Shown in pieces: positions 38,489 to 48,125 of a stretch of 64,000 nt of DNA. This stretch comes from Planctomycetota bacterium (lineage in GTDB: Bacteria; Planctomycetota; B15-G4; JAXMBY01). The translations under genes and the position numbers were made by a program. The stretch lies in contig JAXMBY010000012.1 of assembly GCA_046349655.1 (NCBI GenBank), forward strand, positions 50,405 to 114,404. The letters are read 5' to 3'. Within the stretch, counting starts at the first letter, position 1. Every line of letters starts with the position of its first letter. The notes under the pieces are model-generated. The model was given only the letters and a program-made list of their open reading frames with translations, was not told the origin of the DNA and searched no databases.

Positions 38489-40330
38489 GTGCCGCCTGCC
38501 GCTCTGCCCGCGCACCAGACCACCAGCGCCTGCGCTCTGCTGCTCGCGTGGTCGATCGTGCTCCTGGCCTGCAACCCCTCGCCGCCTTGCCCACCCAACG
38601 TGCTCATGATCACGATCGACACGCTGCGCGCAGACCACCTTGGTGCATCCGGCTTCGCGCCAGCGCACGCCCACACGCTCGACCCGGCTCGCCCGGCAGG
38701 GCTGGTTCTTCGCCGACGCCATGGCGCCGGCGCCACTCACGCTGCCAAGCCACAGCTCCCTGTTCACCGGCCTGCCAGCCGCACGGTGTACGCGACAACG
38801 AGCCCTACCCGCTGCCACCGGACGTGGAGACGCTGGCCGAGGTGCTGCACGGCCATGGCCTCCAGACCGGCGCGGTCATCGGCGGCGAGCCGCTCGCGCG
38901 TGGTTGCGGGCTCGAGCAAGGCTTCGATCAGTACGACTCGCCGGACCGCAGGCACACGGCAGGCTCGATCACGTTCCGGGAGCGGACCGCAACGCCGAGG
39001 TGGCCGCGGCCGGCATGGAGTGGTTGCAAGCTGCACGGCAGCCATTCTTGCTGTGGCTGCACTTCTTCGACCCGCATGCGCCCTATCGGCCGCCAGCTGC
39101 TTACCTCGGCGGCAGCGCGAGCGCCTATGACGGCGAGGTCGCCTACGTGGATGACCAGATCGGCCGCGTGCTGGCCAAGCTCGAGGATCTGCGGCGACGG
39201 GACCACACGCTGATCGTCGTCGCCGCCGACCATGGCGAGTCGCTCGGCGAGCACGGCGAGGCCACGCATGGCTTCCTGGTTCTGAGCACGCTGCGCGTGC
39301 CGCTCCTGTTCTGCGGGCCGGGTGTACCCGCGGCCCGGCGCGACGCGCGCGTGGCGCGGCTGATCGACGTCTTCCCCACGATCCTGCAGGTGCTCGGCGT
39401 CCCCCTCGGCGGATCGTGCCAGGGAGTCTCGCTGATCGCGAACGATCCGGGCGCAGCCATGGGCGAATCGCTCTGCACCGGTCACCACTTCGGCTGGGCT
39501 CAGCTCACCTGCGTGCGCCGGGGGCGCGCTCAAGCACATCCGGGCAGCGAAACCGAGGACTACGACCTGGCTGCCGATCCACGCGAGCAGGAGCCGCTCG
39601 CGCCCGGAGCCGCCCGCGATCAGCTCGCCTCGGGCTTGCCCGCTGCAGAGGTTGGAGCGGATGCCGCCGCGGGCGCCAACGCTGGCTGCGCCGATCGGCT
39701 ACCTCGGCTCGCCAGCGCGCGCCGGCGGCCTACTTCCTGCCCGAAGCCCCGGGGCAGCCCGCCGCTCGCCGCCCGCGTCGATGGCGCTGGCGCAGCACTT
39801 CCTCGAGGGCGTGGAGGCCGCCGGCCAAGCACAGTGGAACCGTGCCCTCGTCGAGCTGAGCGCGGTCCAGAAGGAGGACCCGAGCAACCCGGCGTTCCGC
39901 TGGTGGACGGCGCGCGCGCTCGAGCAAATCGGCGAGCACGAGCATGCGCCGGCGATGGTGCAGCAGGCCGTCGACCTGTATGACGGGCTTGCCGGCGAAG
40001 GGCAGATCGACGCGCTCAACCTGGGGCTCAAGGCGCGCAGCTTCGGGCTCGGCCGTTGGCAAGAGGCGATCGCGCGCGGCGAATCGACCTTGAACGCGGG
40101 CATGGGCAATGCCGACACGCTGCGCGTGCTGGGCCTGATTCACCTGGATCCGCACAATCCCGCGCGGAACGTCCAGCGCGGTCTCGACCTGCTGCGCCAG
40201 GCAGTGACGCAGCGACCGGACGATCTGCCGGCGTTACAGGCGCTGGAGGACGCATACAAACGCCGGCCTGGAGGACCTTGCGCGGGCGACCGCCCGGGAG
40301 ATCGAGCGGCTGGAGGCAGGAGCGAGGTGA
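38489..40330 (+). pseudogene. Sulfatase-like hydrolase/transferase (alkaline-phosphatase superfamily, Thr-type) fused to C-terminal TPR; at least 6-7 frame breaks
   Basis: GAGGAGG is followed by GTG 38489. The lipoprotein leader is ALLLAWSIVLLAC. Motifs are spread over three frames: NVLMITIDTLRADHLGA / RLARQGWFFADAMAPAPLTLPSHSSLFTGL / HGVRDNEPYPLPPDVETLAEVL / FLLWLHFFDPHAPY...VVAADHGESLGEHGE / ALKHI / EDYDLAADPREQEPL / LGYLG...TPR / GLEDLARATAREIERLEAGAR, with the stop at 40328-40330. Confidence 0.7.
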
Positions 40331-40632
40331 TCGTCGTGGGCTGATCGCCGGCGGCGAAGAACCGTGGCCCCGTCATCTCGCGACCGGACGAGCCACCTGG
40401 TCGGTGCAGGAGCCAGGCGCCCTGGCGGCAGGAGTTCTTTTGGAAAGGCCTTTTGACCTGCCCCTCACCCGCGGTAACATGCGGCCCAATTTTCCAAACG
40501 CTCGAGATCCGCTGAGAGACTTCGCGCTCGCAGCTCACGCAACCGAACACGCTCGCGTCTGGCTGCCAGCCAGACGCCCCCAACCCGGCCCGGTCTCGTT
40601 CGGGCTGGTTCAGTCGGAAGGACGGAGAAGAA

Positions 40633-43251
40633 ATGGTTTTCCGAACCCCGGGACGTTGGTCGCGCCTCGGCGCTTGTTGCCTGCCTGGTCTCGCCCGCAC
40701 TTTGGTTCGTGTCGTGCGCCACGACGCAGGACCTGCCAGGCTCGCCCGGCGCCGACCCGGCCACGGCGGCCGCCGACCCGCGGACCCCCGCCACTCTGTC
40801 CCAGCAGCAAGAGAAGGCCGACGCCGGCGGCGACGGCCTCCAGGACGAAGAACCGCATCCTGGTCGAGCGAGCGCTCGCCAATGCCAAGGCAGCCGTCGA
40901 ACAGAACGATCTCGCGCGCGCCGAGAATGAACTGATCGAGGGGCTGAAGATCGACCCGCAGAACGATGCCATCCAGAAGGAGCTGGCGCGGGTGCAGGAG
41001 CTGCAGGGCAAGCGACCGGGCGAGGTATCGGCGTTGCGTGAGGCAGCCGAGCAGCGCTACGACGAGATCGCCGGCAGCAGCTGAAGCGCGAGGCCGAGAC
41101 GACTACGAGTCGGGCGTGGCGCAGATGGAGAAGGAGAGCAGCTACGACTCTGCCATCCGCTACTTCGAGACGGTGCTGAACCACATCCAGTGGTCGTCGA
41201 TCAACGTCGATTGGGGCGACCTCAAGGACCGCGCGACGCGTTCGATCGAGCAGGCCAAGAGGTCACGCGACGAGGCTCACGAGAAGCAGATGAAGGCGGT
41301 CGAGGAAGAGACCCTGACCCGGCTGCGCGACGAGGAAGAGCGCGAGCGTGCGCGCCAGCAAGCACGCATCGATAACTTGACCGTGGCGGCGGTCGACGAG
41401 TTCCAGGCGCGCCGCTTCGACAAGGCAGAGGATCTCGCCAACGAGATCCTCAAGCTCGATCCGAAGAACGACCGGGCCAAGGACCTGCTCGAGTCGTCCG
41501 AGCAGGCTGCGCGCAAGCAGCGCGGCGCGGACTACATCCGCGACCGCACGGAATCCTACCTCAAGTGGAAGGAAGACATCGAGCGCACCCGCGTGCCGCA
41601 GCACGACATCCTGCAGGGTCCCGATGCCGCCTTCTGGGAGGAGATCTCCCGCATCCGGGGCTCGCAGCGCCGCCTGGGCCTGGAGCAGCTCGAGGATCCC
41701 GAGACGCAGTCCTTGCGGCTCAGCTTGAAGTCGCAGCGCATGCCCGCCAACTTCGAGGAGGCGAGCATCGACGACGTGGCGAACACGATCACCACCCTCA
41801 CCGGCATCCCGGTGAACATCGACCCCGAGGTACGCAAGGAAGTCACCGATGCCGGCCAGACCGTGACGCTCAAGAACCTGAACAGCGTCACCGTGGAAGC
41901 CTTGCTCAACATCATCACGCGCCAGCTGGGCGAAGGCCTCACGCACACCGTTCGGCACGGCACGGTGATGATCACCAAGAAGGAGAAGGCGTACGGCGCG
42001 CCGATCATCAAGACGCATCCGGTGCAGGACATCACGTTCGGCTTGCAAGACTTCAAGGGACCGAAGATCGACCGCATCACCCTGCCGGGCGCCCAGGAGC
42101 AAGAGGAGGGCCCTGGCGTGTTCGGTGGCGATCTCGAGAAGGTCGTGATCATCTCGCCCGAGGACGTCGTGAATCTGATCAAGGAGAACATCGCCCGCGA
42201 GACCTGGGATCAGGAACAGTACAAGTGCGAGGTGGCCACCAACAACCAGCTGCTCGTCATCCACACGCCCGAGGTGCAGACGCAGATCGCCGAGTTCCTC
42301 GATGACTTGCGCCGGTTCTCGAGCCAGGTGGTCACGATCGAGAGTCGGTTCGTCGCCGTGACCGACGCGTTCATCCAGGAGATCGGCAGTGACTTCCGCG
42401 GTCTCGGCGGTGAGTTTGGATCGAACGTCACGCTCGACGACCTGACCAACGGACTCGAGGACAAGACCTCGCAAGGCCTGGACAACGAGGGCTCGGGATT
42501 GACCGGTGCCTCGCCGTCCTCGGGCGTGTTCTTCAACGACAACAGCGACGGCGATATCCGCGGACGATCGGAGAACTTCTGGGCCAACCCGCTCGGCAGC
42601 ATCCTCTCCACCGTGGGCGGCGGCTCGTTCCAGTTCGGATTCCTCGACGACACCCAGGTCAACCTGGTGCTGCGCATGATCGAGAAGTCGGTCAATGCCA
42701 CCGAGATCAGCGCGCCGATCCTGACCGTGTTCAACACCGAGCGCGCCTACTTCACCAACATCAACGAAGTCTCCTATCTGCAGGACTTCGACGTCGATGT
42801 CGCCAACACGGCGTTCATCGCCAACCCGCAGGTTGGCGTGATCCAGGAAGGCATCGTCCTCGACGTCCGCCCGACGATCTCCTACGATCGCCGGTTCATC
42901 ACCCTCGAGATCCAGACCACGGTGGCCAATCTGAAACGGCCGATCCCGGAGTTCGAGACCTCGCTCGGCGGCTTCTCGGTGCCGATCCGATTCCAGCTGC
43001 CCGAGATCGACGTCTCGAGCAGCTACACGACGGTCCAGGTTCCAGACGGCGGCTCGATCATCATGGGCGGCATGAAGAAGATCCGCTACGTCAACCGCAC
43101 CGCAGCAATCCCGTGGTTCTCGAAGATCCCGATCGTCGGCTTCTTCTTCCAGTCGAAGGGCATCGATGACGAGGTCCAGAACCTGATCGTGCTGGTGCGG
43201 GCCCACATCACGGATCTCAATCCGCTGCGCGAGTCGAGAGCGGCCAAGTGA
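40633..43251 (+). CDS. Second secretin (GspD/PilQ family) lipoprotein with coiled-coil/TPR N-terminus; about 4 frame breaks in the first 470 nt
   Basis: The body is ORF 40966..43251: N0-like MPANFEEASIDDVANTITTLTGIPVNIDP, and secretin domain SAPILTVFNTERAYF...VQVPDGGSIIMGGM...AIPWFSKIPIVGFFF...LIVLVRAHI. The N-terminus is pieced from ATG 40633 (MVFRTP), the frame with RASALVACLVSPALWFVSC (lipobox), the frame with KNRILVERALANAKAAVEQNDLARAENELIEGLKIDPQND, and RQQLKREAE. Confidence 0.8.
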
Positions 43252-43307
43252 AGGCGAGGGGCACACGGAGCCGAGCACGTTCAGCGAAGCATCGACGGTC
43301 GTGAGAG

Positions 43308-43373
43308 AATGAGACGGTGGGTTGCCGGGCTCGGGTGATCGGCGCGGGGCGCCCATCATCACCGCGTCTCATT
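43308..43373. repeat. Long imperfect inverted repeat (nested hairpin) downstream of secretin 2
   Basis: AATGAGACG (43308-43316) pairs with CGTCTCATT (43365-43373). Pairing extends through GTG/CAC with a 2-nt bulge. An inner GGCGC-ggg-GCGCC hairpin lies at about 43341-43353. Confidence 0.45.
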
Positions 43374-43391
43374 TCGCGATCACCCATTCCC

Positions 43392-43419
43392 TTATCGGGG
43401 TCGTCGATGGAAGTATAAT
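43392..43419 (+). promoter_or_regulatory. Promoter candidate for the HAD gene
   Basis: A perfect TATAAT at 43414-43419 lies 42 nt before ATG 43461. The -35 is only weak (TTATCG, 16-nt spacer). Confidence 0.25.
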
Positions 43420-43460
43420 GACCGTGGAGAGGACTTCCTCGGCACTGGGTAGAGCCCGAC

Positions 43461-44276
43461 ATGGCCGAACAAAACCTGCGCGCCATCTTCTTCGACATCG
43501 ACGACACTCTGTTCTCGACCACGGAGTTCGCCGACAAGGCCCGACGCAACAGCATCCGGGAGATGATCCGCCATGGCCTCAAGATGGACGCCGAGGAGGC
43601 GCACAAGGAGCTGAAGGAGGTCATCACCGAGTTCAGCTCGAACTACCCTCACCACTTCGACAAGCTGCTGAAGCGCATCCCCACCACGTTGTACGCGGGT
43701 CTCAATCCGGCGGTGCTGATCGCCGCCGCGGTGGTGGGATACCACAACACCAAGAAGGAGCTGACCGCCTATCCGGACGTGATCGAGGCGCTCGAGCTCC
43801 TTTCACGAACCAAGCTCATCCTGGGCGTCATCACCGCCGGGCTGGAGATCAAGCAGGCGGAGAAGCTCGTGCGCATGGGACTCGTGAAGTACCTCACCCC
43901 TACCGCGATCTTCATCTCGGACCAGATCGGGATCTCCAAGCCCAACGTGAAGTTGTACAAGGTTGCGTGCTCGTCGCTCGGTCTCGATCCGCGCACGGCG
44001 ATGTACATCGGTGACAATCCCACGAATGACATCGATCCGCCGAACCGGCTCGGCATGATCACGGTGCGGGATCTGCGCAGCACCCGGCGGCGCGACGAGA
44101 AGGGTGAGACCGAGCCGCGCTACGAGATCAACAACTTCCACGAGCTGCTCGACATCGTCGAGCGCGATTTCGGCATCCCACTGCCGGGCCGGCGCAACAA
44201 GATGAAGCGAGCCACTCGCGAAACCAGCATCAACGAGCAGCAAGCACGCAAGACCAGGGCTCAGGGGCACGATTGA
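43461..44276 (+). CDS. HAD-superfamily hydrolase (subfamily IA-like) with basic C-terminal tail
   Basis: Motif I FFDIDDTLF, motif II GVITAG, motif III KPN, motif IV YIGDNPTNDI. Its GC is visibly lower than neighbouring genes. Confidence 0.8.
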   Translation: MAEQNLRAIFFDIDDTLFSTTEFADKARRNSIREMIRHGLKMDAEEAHKELKEVITEFSSNYPHHFDKLLKRIPTTLYAGLNPAVLIAAAVVGYHNTKKELTAYPDVIEALELLSRTKLILGVITAGLEIKQAEKLVRMGLVKYLTPTAIFISDQIGISKPNVKLYKVACSSLGLDPRTAMYIGDNPTNDIDPPNRLGMITVRDLRSTRRRDEKGETEPRYEINNFHELLDIVERDFGIPLPGRRNKMKRATRETSINEQQARKTRAQGHD

Positions 44277-44288
44277 CGCGGCAGCGCC

Positions 44289-44687
44289 TCACTGGCCCAG
44301 CGTGGCGCGCGGCAGCGCGGAAACGGGCTGTCGCGCCGCAAACCCACCCTCGAGCGGATGCCAGAACTGAATGTCGTCCTCGCCGAGCATCCAGCAGAGG
44401 TAGATGATCTCGCCACCCTTGTCGGCGTAGAAGTCGATCAGGCCCTTCTCGTAGTCCTTCAGCTCGCAACCGATCGCGTTGAGCTCGCTGACGTGCGCGA
44501 AGATCTGGCCTTCCAGCTGGAATGCCTCGTGCTCGCGCGCCGCAATCTCGTCCTCGGACAGCTGCGCCTGGGACCGGCGGATCACCTGCAGTGCGACGTA
44601 CTTCTCACGAATGTCCCGCACCACGCGCTGCACGAGCGGCAGCGTTCGGTTGGCCTTGGTCAGCGTGAAGATCTTGCGCCGCGTCAT
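44289..44687 (-). CDS. DUF2203-family protein
   Basis: From ATG 44687 within track ORF 44289..45170: [23 protein letters not shown]...[38 protein letters not shown]. It has an ATGA overlap with the upstream ABC ATPase stop. Confidence 0.75.
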   Translation of the reverse strand: MTRRKIFTLTKANRTLPLVQRVVRDIREKYVALQVIRRSQAQLSEDEIAAREHEAFQLEGQIFAHVSELNAIGCELKDYEKGLIDFYADKGGEIIYLCWMLGEDDIQFWHPLEGGFAARQPVSALPRATLGQ

Positions 44688-45730
44688 GTTCTCTGGTGCC
44701 CTTGCGGTTCCTGCGATCCAGGCACTGCAGACCACCCGGGCTCGAGGATGCACCGATAGGTGTGGCCAAGAGATACCGTGCGCAGCGGCGGGAGGGAAGA
44801 GCCGCATTCCTCCCTGGCATGAGCACAGCGCGTCCGGAACCGACATCCGGACGGCGGCGCGAGCGGCGATGGCACCTCGCCGGCGACGGCGAGGGTGGGC
44901 CTGCGACGCTCCGGATCGCGAACCGGAATGGCCGACAGCAAGGCCCGCGTGTACGGATGGCCGGGGCTGCCGAAGACCGATTCGGTGGGCCCCATCTCCA
45001 CGATCTGGCCGAGGTACATGACGGCCACCCGGTTGCACAGGTGGCGCACGATGGTGAGATCGTGGGCGATGAACAGATACGCGAGGCGCATCTCGACGCG
45101 CAGGTCGGCGAGCAGATTCACGATCTGCGCCTGGACCGAGACGTCGAGCGCCGAGATCGCCTCGTCGCAAACGATGAACTCAGGCCCCACCGAGAGCGCC
45201 CGGGCAATGCCGATCCGCTGCCGCTGACCGCCCGAGAACTCATGTGGGTAGCGTGACGTCACGTCCCCGGACAGGCCGACGCGCTCCAGCAGCGATCGCA
45301 CGCGTGCCACCAGCGCCTTGCCGCGAGCGAGGCCGTGCACCCGCGGGCCCTCGGCCACGATTGCCCCCACCGTCATGCGCGGGTTCAGGCTCGCATACGG
45401 ATCCTGGAAGATGATCTGCATGCGCCGGCGCAACCGACGCAGCTCACGCTCCCCGAGCGCGACCAGATCCACGCCGTCGAACCGCAGGCTGCCGGCGGTC
45501 GGCTCCACCAGCCGCAAGATCGCCCGCCCCACCGTGGTCTTGCCGCAACCCGATTCGCCAACCAGGCCGAGGGCTTCCCCGCGCTCGATGGAGAACGACA
45601 CGTCGTCCACCGCGTGCACCACGCCTCGCTCGCCGCCAAACAACCCACGGCGCACCGCGAAGTGCTGGGTCAGGTGCTCCACGCTCACCAGGGCGGCACG
45701 TTCCGGGGCTACGGGCGCGGCGACGGTCAT
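44684..45730 (-). CDS. Oligopeptide/dipeptide ABC transporter ATP-binding protein (OppF/DppF type)
   Basis: From ATG 45730. Walker A GESGCGKT, signature FSGGQRQR, Walker [12 protein letters not shown], and the C-terminal oligopeptide domain [14 protein letters not shown]...[11 protein letters not shown]. Confidence 0.9.
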   Translation of the reverse strand: MTVAAPVAPERAALVSVEHLTQHFAVRRGLFGGERGVVHAVDDVSFSIERGEALGLVGESGCGKTTVGRAILRLVEPTAGSLRFDGVDLVALGERELRRLRRRMQIIFQDPYASLNPRMTVGAIVAEGPRVHGLARGKALVARVRSLLERVGLSGDVTSRYPHEFSGGQRQRIGIARALSVGPEFIVCDEAISALDVSVQAQIVNLLADLRVEMRLAYLFIAHDLTIVRHLCNRVAVMYLGQIVEMGPTESVFGSPGHPYTRALLSAIPVRDPERRRPTLAVAGEVPSPLAPPSGCRFRTRCAHAREECGSSLPPLRTVSLGHTYRCILEPGWSAVPGSQEPQGHQRT

Positions 45731-46701
45731 GGTGCGCTCGTGCGGGGATAGTGGCATGCCACGGCACCGAGCGAGCCGCTCGCAACCAGGTCGGGCTCGA
45801 CCGCGGCGCAGCGCTGGTCGGCATGCGGGCAGCGCGAACGGAAGCGACACCCCGATGGCAGGTCGGTGAATCTCGGCACCGCCCCCGGGATGGGCTCGAG
45901 ACGTCGCATGACGGCATCGGCGCGCGGCAGCGAGTGGAACAACCCGACGGTGTAGGGATGCTGCGGCTGCCGGAACAACGACGCCACATCGGCGCACTCC
46001 ACCAGCCGCCCGGCGTACATCACCGCCACGCGATCAGCCATCTCCGCGACGACGCCGAGGTCGTGCGTGATCAGCAGGAGCGACATCCCGAACTCGTGAC
46101 GCAGCCCGCGCAGCAGCTCGAGGATCTGCGCCTGGATGGTCACGTCCAGCGCGGTCGTGGGCTCGTCCGCGATCAGCAAGGCCGGGCGACACGCGAGCGC
46201 CATCGCGATCATCACGCGCTGCTTCATGCCTCCGGACAGCTGGTGCGGGTACTGGCGCGCCCGCGCCTCGGCGTCGGCGATGCCCACTCGCCGCAGCAGC
46301 GCCACAGTGTCGGCGCGCGCCACGCTCGCGCGCTTGCGCTGGTGAACTCGCAGTACCTCATCGATCTGGTGGCCGATCGAGAACACCGGGTTGAGCGCGG
46401 TCATCGGCTCCTGGAAGATCATGGCGATCCGGTTGCCGCGAATCCGACGCAGCTCGGCGGCGTCCATGCTCGTCAGGTCGCGCCCATCGTAACGCACCAC
46501 CCCGGCCGTGATGCGCGCCGGCGCGGGAACGAGCTGCATCAGGGCGAGCGCGGTCATCGACTTGCCGCACCCGGACTCACCGACCAGGCACAACGTCTCG
46601 CCGCGGCCAATCGCGAACGAGATGCCATCGACGATGCGGGCCACGCCCTCATCGTTGGCAATCTCCACCGTCAGAGTCTCGACCTCCAGGAGCGCGGTCA
46701 T
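45727..46701 (-). CDS. Oligopeptide/dipeptide ABC transporter ATP-binding protein (OppD/DppD type)
   Basis: [36 protein letters not shown]...[11 protein letters not shown]. It has ATGA overlaps at both ends. Confidence 0.9.
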   Translation of the reverse strand: MTALLEVETLTVEIANDEGVARIVDGISFAIGRGETLCLVGESGCGKSMTALALMQLVPAPARITAGVVRYDGRDLTSMDAAELRRIRGNRIAMIFQEPMTALNPVFSIGHQIDEVLRVHQRKRASVARADTVALLRRVGIADAEARARQYPHQLSGGMKQRVMIAMALACRPALLIADEPTTALDVTIQAQILELLRGLRHEFGMSLLLITHDLGVVAEMADRVAVMYAGRLVECADVASLFRQPQHPYTVGLFHSLPRADAVMRRLEPIPGAVPRFTDLPSGCRFRSRCPHADQRCAAVEPDLVASGSLGAVACHYPRTSAP

Positions 46702-48125
46702 GGGCGCAACATCCCGTGCGGGTGCGCATGCGGGTCGGCCGCCTCGCGCAGAGCGTCACCCAGCAGATTGTAGGCGAGAACCGCGAGGAAGATGAAGCCG
46801 CCCGGGATCAGCACCCACGGATGCTGCTCGAGCGCGGCGACGCTCTGTGCCGCGCCCAGCAGATTCCCCCAGGAGGCCTCGGGCTCGCCCACACCCAGCC
46901 CGAGGTAGGACAGCGCCACCTCGCCGAGGATGTAATGCGGCATGGTCAGGGTCGCATGCACCAGCGTCGCCGGAATCGTGTTCGGCAGGACGTGGCGCAC
47001 CAGGCAGCGCCAGTGGCTCGCGCCGAGAGCGCGCGCGGCGATGACGAAATCCTGCGACTGCAACGAGGTCACCACGCCCCTGGTCAGACGGCAGAAGCCG
47101 CTCCAGGACACGAGCGAGAGGATCAGCACGATCAGCACGTAGGCCGCGCCAGCACCCATGCCGCTCGGAAACATGCCGCGCAGCGCGAGCAGCAGATAGA
47201 TCGCCGGCAGGGCCATCAGCAGATCCGAGAGTCGCATCAGGACGAAGTCGGTGAGCCCACCCACGTAGCCGGCAATGCCGCCGAGCAACAGCCCCAGGAT
47301 GCCAGTGATCGCCGTCCCGAGCAGCCCGACGGTCAGCGACACCTGGGCGCCCCACAGGATGCGCGAGAGCAGGTCGCGGCCGAGCTGGTCGCTGCCGAGC
47401 AGGTACAGGCGTGGTTGCAGCGCGCGGTCTCTGGTCGTGAACAGCAGGCCGCCAGGATCCAACCGCCACGCGAGCCTGGAACCCTCATCGACCGCACGGT
47501 GGGCACGCACCACGGCATCGAGCGCGTCCCCGAGCACCTTGCCGCCGAGATCCACGTCGAGCGGCCCGACCAGGTCGCGCACGTAGCGCCCGAACGATTC
47601 GTGCGGGTCGAGGATCACCGGGACCTGCGTGTTGCGTGCGATCTCGGCCGCGATCTCGCGCAGCGACGCGCGCCGCAGTCGCATCGCTGCGGGCAGCCGT
47701 CGTTCGCGCGCGGCATGATCGAACGCCTCGGCGCCGATCGGGATCGGATCGAGGCCAAACAGGTGGGTGCGGAACGGGCCGACCGCCCCGAACAGGAAGT
47801 ACTCGTCGCCGGCGACCAACCAGCGCAAGCGATGGCGCACCCCGGGATGGCTCTCGGCGACCTCGCGCCCGAGGCGATCGGTGGCCATGCGCACGCCTGG
47901 CACGAACGGTCGCTCGAGGTGTCCCTCGTGCACCACCCGCACCTCCGTGAGCATCGGCCGGAACCAGCCGAGCGGCCGGTTCTGATTCGCGTAGTGATAG
48001 GGGGCAAGGAAGCCGGCGAATGCCGCCGCCAGGTAGAGCGGCACCAGGATCGCGACCGCGATGATCACCGCGGGCCGCGCCCGCAACCTGCGCCACCACG
48101 ACGCTGCGGCGTGGCAGCGCATCAC
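46698..48125 (-). CDS. OppC/DppC-type ABC permease with a periplasmic insertion of about 170 aa
   Basis: The canonical LLGSDQLGRDLLSRILWG does not appear until about aa 241. The body is binding-protein-dependent permease TM. An N0/STN-like stretch lies at about aa 148-232. The protein is 475 aa versus about 300 typical for the family. Confidence 0.85.
   Translation of the reverse strand: MMRCHAAASWWRRLRARPAVIIAVAILVPLYLAAAFAGFLAPYHYANQNRPLGWFRPMLTEVRVVHEGHLERPFVPGVRMATDRLGREVAESHPGVRHRLRWLVAGDEYFLFGAVGPFRTHLFGLDPIPIGAEAFDHAARERRLPAAMRLRRASLREIAAEIARNTQVPVILDPHESFGRYVRDLVGPLDVDLGGKVLGDALDAVVRAHRAVDEGSRLAWRLDPGGLLFTTRDRALQPRLYLLGSDQLGRDLLSRILWGAQVSLTVGLLGTAITGILGLLLGGIAGYVGGLTDFVLMRLSDLLMALPAIYLLLALRGMFPSGMGAGAAYVLIVLILSLVSWSGFCRLTRGVVTSLQSQDFVIAARALGASHWRCLVRHVLPNTIPATLVHATLTMPHYILGEVALSYLGLGVGEPEASWGNLLGAAQSVAALEQHPWVLIPGGFIFLAVLAYNLLGDALREAADPHAHPHGMLRP

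Noticed and set aside
41263-43362. A 699-aa minus-strand ORF antisense to secretin 2. Similar cases are 59390..61885 (831 aa), 60331..62061, 18631..20475, 9214..10863, 4923..6125, 388..1752 and 23679..24875.
   Set aside because: All lie opposite a gene with clear family signatures. All have Arg/Ala/Gly/Pro/His-dominated composition and no motifs. They are treated as GC-driven shadow ORFs.
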